DNA of 64,000 bases, taken from positions 8,122,001 through 8,186,000 of the forward strand of contig JBHGNT010000010.1 in the NCBI GenBank assembly GCA_043228905.1, in the 5' to 3' direction. Position 1 is the first letter of the stretch. Every line of letters begins with the position of its first letter. The translations under genes and the position numbers were made by a program. Positions 24,310 to 34,266 of the stretch are shown piece after piece. Origin of the DNA: Azolla caroliniana (taxonomy: Eukaryota; Plantae; Polypodiophyta). Under the pieces are notes generated by a model. That model saw nothing but the letters and a program-made list of their open reading frames with translations, searched no databases and was not told the origin of the DNA.

Positions 24310-27105
24310 TCATTGTAGACTGTCTACCCCTGTTTGCATGCTTCCAGCTGCATAGATATTCCCCATGAAAACATAAGCAGAAGCACACTTCACATCCAAC
24401 TGTAGCGATTGCTCAAACACCCATTTCCCAAGCTTCAAATTCATCCATTTATGACAAGCACCTAATATCGCTACTAACAGTGAAAGATGGTCAGATTGTG
24501 GCACCTTATCAAGCAATGCTATTGCCTTGTCAAAGTGCCCTGCACGCCCAAATAGATTGATCATACAAGTGTAGTGCTCGAGAGTCGGAGAGAAACGATA
24601 AATGAGACACATTGCATCAAATAACTTTCCTCCCTCATTCAATAGTCCACCATGACTACATGCAGCCAGTAGACCAGTGAAGGTACCAAAATTTGGCACA
24701 ATACTTTCTGCCAGCATTTCTTTAAATAGATTCAAAGCAGCATTTCCTTGCCCTATTTGGGCATATGCAGCAATAAGGCCATTCCAAGACACAACATCCC
24801 GCATTGATAGTTGTTTGAAGACTTCTCGTGCATTATCCAATGCACCACACCTGGCATACATGTCCATTAGGGTATTACCCATGACAACATTGTCGTGCAA
24901 TAACCCCTCCTTTCTACACTGAGCAGCTATGTCATTACCCATCTCTAGGGATCCAACACTTCCACAAGCTTTCAAAAGACAGATATAAGTTACTGCATCC
25001 GGATGAATTCCCTCATCTTGCATCTGCTGAAAGCACTGTATGGCTTCATCGTAAAGTCCATGCTGAGCATATCCAGAAATCAGCGCAGTCCAAGCCACAA
25101 CATCCTGCACCGGAATCTGTTCAAATACTTCTCGTGCTTTCTCAAATATGCCGCACTTGGCATACATGTCTACCAAGGAATTGCCAAGAGCAACATCTTT
25201 ATACAATAGCCCTTGCTGTCTGACCCTTGAATGTATATCTTTCCCAATCTCTAGAGATCCAGCTATGCCACAGACTTTCAGAATGTATGCGTAAGTTACT
25301 ACATCTGGGCACACTCCCTCGTCTTGCATCTGTGTAAAGTATTTCAAGGCATCATCAGTGTGCCTGTGTTGAATGCATCCAGCAATAAGAGAATTCCAAG
25401 CTACAATATCCCGTTTTTGAAGCAGTTCAAATATTTCTTGTGCTTTCTCCAATGCACCACATTTGGAATACATGTCTACCAACGTAGTGCTAAGAACAAT
25501 GTCTGTTTGCAGTAACCCTCGCTTTCTAACTTCAGTATCTATATCTTCCCCAATTTCTAAAGATTTAACAATGCCACAAGCTTTCAAACTGCCAATATAA
25601 GTTACTGAATTTGGAGTGATTCCCTCATCTTGCATTTGTCTGAAGCATTTCAAGGCTTCATCACCAAGCCCTTGCTGGACATATCCAGTGATCAAGGTAT
25701 TCCATGATACAACATCCCGCAAAGGAAGTTGTTCAAATACTTCTCGTGCTTTCTCCAAAGCACCACACTTGGCATACATGTCTATCAATGTATTGCCAAG
25801 CATAAGGTCCTTCTGGAATATCCCTTGCTTTCTGATACTTGCATCTATCTCTTCTCCAAACTTTAGATATTCGACTATGCCACAACCTTTTAAAACGGAG
25901 GCATAAGTAACCACATCAGGGCAAACTCCCTCATCTTGCATCTGTTTGAAGCCTTTTAAGGCTTCATGAACGAGCTCATTTTGAACATAACCCGAAATCA
26001 GGACATTCCAACACACGATATCTCGGACATGAAGTAGTTCAAATACTTCTCTTGATTTCCCGGGCGCCTGACACTTGGCATACATGTCCACCAATGTGGT
26101 TGTGAGAGCAATATCTTTTTGCAACAATCCTTGTTTTCTAGCCTCGGCATCAATATATTGCCCAATCTCCAGACATCCAAGGACACTACACGCTTTCAGA
26201 ACACAAATGTAAGTGACAGCATTTGGACATACTCCCTCAGCTTGCAATTTCTGGAAACACTTCAAGGTTTCATGGGCAAGGTCGTGTTGGGTATATGCAG
26301 CAAGGAGGGCATTCCAACATGCGACGTTCCGCACTGGGAGTTGTCGAAACACTTCTTCCGCTTTTGCAAATGCACCACACTTGGCATACATGTTGACCAA
26401 CGAATTACCAAGGACAACATCGCCCTGCAACAACTCTTGTTTCCTTATCTCAGCATCAATAGATTCCCCGATGTCTAAAGCTCCGAGGATGCTGTATGTG
26501 GTTAGAATGCAAGCATAAGTCACAGCATCTGGGCAAATGCCATCGTCTTGCATCTGCTGGAAGCATTCCAAGGCGTTCTCATGAAGACCATGATGGGCAT
26601 ATCCTACGATGAGGGCGGTCCATGTCACGACATTGCGAACACGGATCTCTTTGAAAACCTCTCGGGCTTCGCTGAGGGCACCACACTTGCAGTAAGTGTG
26701 GAGCAGTGCAGTGGCGATGTAGACATCAGTGGCAAGCAAGTTTTTCTCCACCACATACGCATGTATACTCTTGGCCTTCCACAGCTGCTTCTGTCTGCCG
26801 CACGATTTGATCAATTTCAAGAGGGAATTTCGATCCTCAAAACCTCCTGAACCACTCTCAACCTTGACTTGTTCTTCGATTGACCGGGAGGGGATATGGC
26901 GCGGGGTATCAATCTTCTTCGATGTCTTTTCGATCAATTTCAAGATGACTTTTCGATCGTCGAAAGCTACCGAACCTCTGTTGACCTTGCGTTGTTCTTG
27001 GATTAACCGGTAGGAGGTACGATGTGGGGTATCAATCCTCTTCTGCTGCTTCAGAATGGGGCAGGGAGAGGCCGAAGAAGAAGAAGAAGAGAGAGTCCAT
27101 TGCAT
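24310..27105 (-). CDS. PLS-class PPR protein, E subclass without DYW domain; probable organellar RNA-editing specificity factor
   Basis: First ATG at 27105 (MQWTLSSSSS, transit-peptide-like). An initial L-S pair, six 102-aa P-L-S triplets, P2-L2-S2 (EHYTCMINLFGRAG), E1 and a shortened E2. Intact and intronless. Confidence 0.93.
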   Translation of the reverse strand: MQWTLSSSSSSASPCPILKQQKRIDTPHRTSYRLIQEQRKVNRGSVAFDDRKVILKLIEKTSKKIDTPRHIPSRSIEEQVKVESGSGGFEDRNSLLKLIKSCGRQKQLWKAKSIHAYVVEKNLLATDVYIATALLHTYCKCGALSEAREVFKEIRVRNVVTWTALIVGYAHHGLHENALECFQQMQDDGICPDAVTYACILTTYSILGALDIGESIDAEIRKQELLQGDVVLGNSLVNMYAKCGAFAKAEEVFRQLPVRNVACWNALLAAYTQHDLAHETLKCFQKLQAEGVCPNAVTYICVLKACSVLGCLEIGQYIDAEARKQGLLQKDIALTTTLVDMYAKCQAPGKSREVFELLHVRDIVCWNVLISGYVQNELVHEALKGFKQMQDEGVCPDVVTYASVLKGCGIVEYLKFGEEIDASIRKQGIFQKDLMLGNTLIDMYAKCGALEKAREVFEQLPLRDVVSWNTLITGYVQQGLGDEALKCFRQMQDEGITPNSVTYIGSLKACGIVKSLEIGEDIDTEVRKRGLLQTDIVLSTTLVDMYSKCGALEKAQEIFELLQKRDIVAWNSLIAGCIQHRHTDDALKYFTQMQDEGVCPDVVTYAYILKVCGIAGSLEIGKDIHSRVRQQGLLYKDVALGNSLVDMYAKCGIFEKAREVFEQIPVQDVVAWTALISGYAQHGLYDEAIQCFQQMQDEGIHPDAVTYICLLKACGSVGSLEMGNDIAAQCRKEGLLHDNVVMGNTLMDMYARCGALDNAREVFKQLSMRDVVSWNGLIAAYAQIGQGNAALNLFKEMLAESIVPNFGTFTGLLAACSHGGLLNEGGKLFDAMCLIYRFSPTLEHYTCMINLFGRAGHFDKAIALLDKVPQSDHLSLLVAILGACHKWMNLKLGKWVFEQSLQLDVKCASAYVFMGNIYAAGSMQTGVDSLQ

Positions 27106-27795
27106 CACTTCTTGCCTCTCTCTCTCTCTCTCTCTCAATCTGTCTGTGTCTGTGTTTGTGTCTGTGTCTGTCTCTGATTGTGTTGGTGATGGGGGGTTAG
27201 TTTCAGAATTATGAATTCTCTGTGTCTCTGTCTCTGTCTCTGTCTCTGATTTGTGTTAGTGATGGGGATAGTTTCAGATTTATAAAATTCTCCAAATAGT
27301 CACCAGGTTTTCTCAAAGAATGAACATTATGTACTGTGTACATAAATGCATCATAAATGCATCGATTACCAGATTGTTGCCATACAGTACAGACTATTGC
27401 ATTCCGATGACCTAACCCTAAACCCTAAAGAGAATCATTGATCAATTTCATATGTGCGTTTATTAAACGACGTTCGTTATCGAATCAATAATTCTGTGCT
27501 AATTGTTAAAAAAGAAAACATGTGATTCGCAACCGATCGTTATGATCATTTTGATATATAAGAGTCAAGACCATCTCGTATGATGTTCGATTGGCATTGC
27601 CAAAGTGATTAACAACATAATCATGATCACAAATGTTGTCGATGTGATCATCTGCGAAAACTTGCAAACCATTTGTGCCTAGATCTTTGTGGACTATAGT
27701 GTGGGATGCAAATAATAACTATGTGAACCAAATGTTCAATGATTAAAATACTTTACTATTTTGCCATGGGTTTGTAGATGAAGCAACATGAATGT

Positions 27796-27900
27796 TTTTT
27801 TTTCCAAAAATGGAGCTACTTTCCCATTAGTTAGGAGGGATTTATACAGAAAGATTATACAAAGGGGCTTACATATAAAGTGGGGAATCACCCCTCTGTA
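27796..27900 (-). mobile_element. Possible short 3' end of a LINE/SINE
   Basis: Minus strand reads TAACTAATGG...TTTTTGG-polyA, resembling the L1 3' end at 11075-11115. No TSD confirmed. Confidence 0.35.
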
Positions 27901-28778
27901 GAGTGTGATTCATTAACAAACTGGAAGTGATAACAATCACCACATAATAGCATATACACAATACTTGGGTACTTTGGGACTTGCTTCCATCTTTACTATG
28001 TGCTCACAAAGGTCTTTATGTATGATAGTCTGAAAAATATAAGCAACTTATTTGGGCCATCACACTTATGACATTGTAGAAGATTTTGTTATTGGATGAT
28101 TTGGACTCAACACACCTATTACTTTGGAAGGTCATTGATTTATGTATGTGTCCTTTAAGTAATAAAGTCATATTCATAGAAATTTGTTGTATTGTCTAGT
28201 GGATTGTTTTTTCGTTTCTCTACCAACACATGGTTAGTTGTGTATTTGTTTTTCTATAGGCTGCTCAAGGCCTATGCTGTGACTTTGAATAGAAAGGTAC
28301 CCATTGAAGTTAAAAATGATCATTGGTTAGTAAACCAACAAATCAAGCTTTATGGCTAGTCAATGGGACGACATGCCACCTAAGACATATTAGACAATGA
28401 CCATTATTATGAAGTTATGCACATCCTGTGAAATGTGAGCGAAACCACTAGAACTTTAACCAAAGATAACAATTGAGATGGCATGTCTTTAAGTTAGGCT
28501 TCTTGAGTCAATTTGACAAGTTCATGAGAACATGCAATGATTAAAGTGTTTGTGTAAAAATTCTCCTCTTGCTAACGTGCAATAGTGTGTGTATGTTACA
28601 GGCATGGCCATAACTTATCATGTGCTAGTTTGTACCGTAGAATTTACACATGAGGGTTAAACTGAGAGTAAATTACTTTTAATACTAGGAATTGAGATAA
28701 CCCATGTAAAAGAATAGTGTGCGGAAGCTAACACAAAATAGACATAGTCAGCTTAGCGCGACTACACAAGACAGTTAG

Positions 28779-28841
<63 letters not shown>

Positions 28842-28924
28842 AGTGAGCAGACAACAAAACTTCTATTACAAAATGACTCAATACATAGAATTGTGCTCAC
28901 AGAGCACTTTTTATACAAGCCTCT

Positions 28925-29241
28925 TGTTGAGCGGCAAGCTCAATTGGAGCCGGATCGGCTGAATAAGCCTGACCCGGTGAGCTGGGGAGCCGGTTAGCCG
29001 GATCCAGCAGTAACCAGAAGCCTAGTAATAGCTAAGATTACTAGGTAGTTATTGTCTCGTAGTTAGTGTCAAACGCTCGTGTGAACATTGAAGTACGTTG
29101 TACTTCTGTCAGTCCCATGAGGACTTGTATAAATAGTGTTGTTGAGCACGTTGTATACACAGAGTGTTGATATAGTTTTTGAATTTAGATTCTTGTTTTG
29201 CTCTCTCTGTCTCTCCCGAGTACTCTCTGTATTCTGTGTAT

Positions 29242-29294
<53 letters not shown>

Positions 29295-32200
29295 GCTACA
29301 CAGCCAAGCTATTGTCTTACGCTTCCGCACATATGTTTTCACATGGTATTAGAGCGTGAGGGTTGAAGACCTCTGCAACCGACATTTGCTTTCGCAAGAC
29401 AAACCCTACAGGTTGTGAGAACAGAACAGTAGACAGAGAAAAAATATGGACAGAGGTATGGCGAGTTCACTTCCTACAGAGAAGCTTGACCGGAGCAACT
29501 ACGCATCCTGGTCATACAAAATGCACCAGTACCTACTGGGGCATGGGTATTGGAGTTTCGTGGAAGGAACGAATGAGGTAGCACCAATGCCTGCACATAA
29601 GGACGTCTCGGTATGGGAGCAAGGAGCGAGCCAAGTATTATATTGCCTCGCGTCCTGTGTGCACGACCAGATGCTCGGCTACATCAGGGATGCAAAGACG
29701 CCGAAGGAGGCTTGGGAAAATCTGCGTAAGATTTTCGCCACAAGTACCACAACCCGTAAGTTGCAGCTCCGACAAGAGCTGAACAACATCCGACAAAGAG
29801 ATATGTCGGTTATGGACTACACCACCAAAATAAAGGAAATTTGCAATGCGCTCGGGTCCATCAACGTGACGGTGGACGAAGACGAAATGGAACAAATCTA
29901 CCTTGGTGGTCTAGTGCAAAGGTACGGGCCAATCCGGACAGCGATCTGCACCCGGAAGAAACCACTAACCTTCTTCGACTTGCAAACGATGCTGATGGTC
30001 GAAGAAAACCACGCGAGTGGATCCAGGACCACTCAATCGGACAACCGGATGTTGTACACGAAGGCGGATGGGCCCCGTGAGCGTGGGGGACAAGGTGGGT
30101 TGGCACGCATTGGAGGCGGTCGACAAGAGCAAGAAAGAAGGCACAGAGAACGTGCCGACAACAGTTCTGGGACTTCCACAATCAGGGGGAGTCAAGGCGG
30201 CGCCGGAGGCCGGCAAGACAAATCCGCCACGGAATGCTGGTACTATGGCAAAAAGGGCCACAGAGAAAGCGAGTGCTGGAAGAAGCGCGCCGATTCGGAC
30301 AGATCTGGATCCGGCAAAACTGGTCGGGAGAACCGGCAAAGCTCGCACTACGCGCAAGGATCGAAAGGATCCGGAACCGGGAAGACCGGTAAGGGGCCAG
30401 CCTTGCTGATGAAGCACGAGGCAAATTCGATGAAGAAGACCACTTCCAAATCAGAGGAAGTATGGTATGTTGATTCCGGTGCGTCGAATCACATGACGAG
30501 CCACAAAGAGTGGTTCTCCTTCTTAGAGAAACTGGAACAACCGGGGGTCGTCGAAACCGGAGATGACACTCCTCACCCAATCGTGCATGTCGGAGAAGTC
30601 CCTTTAAGCCACGTCGAACAGAGGGGGAAGCTAATGAACGTATTACACGTTTCGACTATCACGAAGAACCTGGTGTCAATCGGTCAGATCGTTGACCAGG
30701 GGATGCAGGTGCGGTTTACGCACCTCGGGTGCTTCATTGAGGATGAGGGCCAGATTATTGCACAAGGGCGCAGAAATGGGAGGATGTTCATCCTCGACAC
30801 CAATGACGTTAGCACCGCTCTGTTTGCAAAAGGACAGAAGGTCGAATCGGACATCGACCTGTGGCACAAGCGGATCGGCCACGTCAATTACCGAAGGCTT
30901 CAAGACCTGCAAATGAAACAAGTTGTTTTCGGTTTGCCGAAGTTTAGTGGCCGGAAGGCCCAAATATGTGAAGCCTGCCAACTCGGGAAGCAACACTGGC
31001 TTCCATTCCCCACCGAACGAAACCGTAGCCGTAACAAGCTCGACCTTATTCATTCGGATGTATGGGGACCAACATAGAATGTTAGTCTTGGCGGGAGTCG
31101 GTATTTCGTCTCCTTCATCGACGACTACAACCGGCACACATGGATCTACCTCATTGAGCGGAAGAGCGAAGTCTTTGAGTGTTTCCGGAACCTACAAAGC
31201 CTGGTTGAACGAGAAACAGAGAGAAAGATCAAGTGCCTGCGGTCGGATGGCGGAAAAGAATATTTTTCCAACCAATTCAATAGTTATCTACAACAAAAAG
31301 GAATTCGGAGAGAGTTCAGCTGCAGATACACACCGGAGCAAAACAGTGTGACTGAGAGGAAGAACCGGTCGATTGTCGACGCGGCAAGGGCAATTCTGGA
31401 AGAGAAGAGCATGCCCCATTTCTACTGGGCAGAGGCGGTCCGGACGACCGTCTACATCCAAAACTTGATCAGTGACAAGGTGTCAGCGCATGAGCTATAT
31501 TTCGGGCGCAAGCTGAATTTGCGACACCTTCGGATATTCGGTAGCATTGCATATGTGCATATGCCGGATGAGAAGTGAAGGAAGTTGGATGCAAAGTCGT
31601 AGAAATGCATCCTGGTCGATTACTCGCATGAGCAAAAGGGGTATAAGTGTTATAACCCCCGGACGAAGCAGGTCCAAGTTAGCTGGGATGTTGAGTTTGA
31701 TGAGACGGCATCATGGTATGCCTTACCGGCTCCGACTTCCGACCCCGACCTGACACCGGAGGATGAGGCTAGTGAGCCTGAACCGGTCCAGATAGAAGAT
31801 GAAGACCTCGGCACTCTAGAAGAGAGTCCGATCTCATTCCGGCTAAGTGGACCGAATGAACGGCTGAGTCGGGATGACCAGTTGGATGAGGAACCAGCGA
31901 GTAGTGGAGACTCTGTCGTACTCTCCCCGCGCAAGGAATCGAGGAGACGGTTCACTTGCAAAGAGAAGGGGAAGAAGAAGATGCCGAAATACGAAACCAA
32001 CAACGTTGAGTCGGATCGGAGCGAATCCGACTCCGGAAAGGACCTAGCCAAGAAGGGCCCCAAACCGGGTAATACATAGTTACGCCGGTCAACCCGCCAG
32101 AAGGAACCTGTTAAGCAGTACGGGTACAATGAGTACATGGCGCATCACTATGCGTACATGGACAAGGTGGCGGAAGTGCGTGAGCCAGAGAGCTACGCGG

Positions 32201-34266
32201 AAGCGGCAAAGGACGCCAATTGGCGTGACGCTATGGAGGAAGAAATGTAGGAACTTGATGCCAACGACACATGGGACCTAGTTGACCCTCCCCGACACTG
32301 TAAACTGATCGGATGTAAGTGGGTGTACAAGGTAAAGTACAATGCCGACGGCCCGGTTAACCGGTACAAGGCCCTCTTTTATCCGAACCCCCGACGGCAT
32401 ATTGCTCTCCCAAAGACACTATGTGTTGAATATGCTGTACAAGTTCGGCATGCCGGAATGTCGAACAGTTTCCACACCCCTGGACCGGAACCAAAAGCTC
32501 TGTTTCGACTTCGGACCGGCTTACGATGAGAAACGATTCCTACAAATTGTCGGAAGCCTTATATATTTGACCATCACCGGACCCGACATCAGCTATCTGG
32601 TCGGTGTGATTAGCCAATTCATGTAGAAGCCGACCGTAGAGCATCTTCAGTGCGCGCACCGAATACTGCGGTATGTGAGCAGCACGAAGGACCGGGGACT
32701 GTTATACTAGTGAGGTATAACCGAAGAGCTAGTCGGTTACACGGATGCTGACTGGGCCGGCGATGCATCAGATCGCCGATCAACTTTTGGTTATATGTTT
32801 TCCCTTGGTAGCGTGGATGTTGCGTGGAGCAGCAAAAAGCAGCCAATAGTGGCCCTTTTGAGCACTGAGGCTGAGTACCGGGGCGCTACCGTTGCCACCT
32901 ATGAAGCCATTTGGCTTCGGCGATTGCTACAAGACCTACGGATCGAGGTACCGACCCCGATCATGATCTACTGCGACAATATGAGCAGCATGCAACTTGC
33001 CAAGAACCCCGTGTTCCATGCTCGCACAAAGCACATAGTGCATTATCACTTCGTGCGTGAGCGGATCCTGAGCGGTGAAGTAGAACTTCGGTATGTTCAG
33101 ACGGATCGGCAGGTTGCCGACATCTTTACCAAACCGCTTGGATCAGACAAGTTACAACACTTTACCGAAATGCTTGGTGTTTAGCATCTCGACATGCCGC
33201 ACTTGAGGGGGAGAAAGGGTAGCAAAGGCATCAGAACGGGCAAAGGCAAAGAAACTGTTGTTGGCACCGGTAAGGGAAGAACTGGAAGAGGGGAAGACAA
33301 GAAGGAAAAGGAAGTCGGCACATCCAAACAAGTCGGAACAAGCGGCAACGGCGGCCGAGTGAAGAAGGATAGAGCCGACCGGAAGAAGAAGGCCAAGACC
33401 CGGACATGGTCCAATGTGGTGAAGGGCCTGGAACTAGAAGACAAATCGGGTGCGACCGATCCAGACAAGAGCTAGAACGAATCAGAGACAACCGATTCGG
33501 TTCAATAGACGGATTCGAAAGAACCGGATCAATTCAAGGCCAAGAGGACGAGATGGCAGGAAAAGTCAACGCCAACACGAAGGAATCGGCGGGTCGACAC
33601 GCGCCGAAGTCACAGTAACGGGGGAGCTGAATTGGGCCTGTTGAGCAGACGAGCTGACCGAGAAGGTCAAGGTGCGCAGAACAAGAGGGGTTGCGGCAAA
33701 CAGAACCAGACCAGACGAGGAGCGCAAGTGAGGCGGAGCGATGCCAGAAGGAGCCGGGTAGAAGGACCGGTTGCCACAAACGTTGACACTACCACCAAAC
33801 ATCAAGTTGAGCTTGAGGGGCAGTGTTGAGCGGCAAGCTCAACTGGAGCCGGATCGGCTGAATAAGCCTAAGCCGGTGAGTGAGACGGATCAGTGAGCCG
33901 GTGAGCACCCGGTGAGCAAAAGAGCTGGTGAGCTGGGGAGCCGGTTAGCCGGATCCAGCAGTAACCGGAAGCCTAGTAATAGCTAAGATTACTAGGTAGT
34001 TATTGTCTTGTAGTTAGTGTCAGACGCTCGTGTGAGCATTGAAGTACGTTGTACTTCTGTCAGTCCCATGAGGACTTGTATAAATAGAGCTGTTGAGCAC
34101 GTTGTATACACAGAGTGTTGATATAATTTTTGAATTTAGATTCTTGTTCTACTCTCTCTGTCTCTCTCGAGTACTCTCTGTATTTTGTGTATTATTCTCT
34201 CTCTCTCTCTCTCTGCTGCTACACAACCAAGCTGTTGTCTTATGCTTCCGCACATACGTTTTCACA
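28925..34266 (+). mobile_element. Copia element A with both LTRs; RT core deleted
   Basis: LTRs 28925-29343 and 33824-34266 (TG...CA), TSD CCTCT (28920-28924, 34267-34271), tRNA-Met PBS TGGTATTAGAGC at 29344, PPT GAGGGGCAG at 33815. Confidence 0.95.
29446..33829 (+). pseudogene. Copia A gag-pol with C-terminal extension
   Basis: gag NYASW, knuckle CWYYGKKGHRESEC, protease VDSGAS, HKRIGH...CEAC, HSDVWGP integrase, RNase [19 protein letters not shown]. Multiple stops, RT deletion at ~32372. Confidence 0.92.

Noticed and set aside
27106-27138. ORF-track extension MRERERERQEV of the PPR protein
   Set aside because: Non-ATG start within a (GA)n tract; the first ATG is at 27105.
27412-27429. CTAACCCTAAACCCTAAA as an interstitial telomere
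   Set aside because: Only about two units; at most a promoter telo-box.
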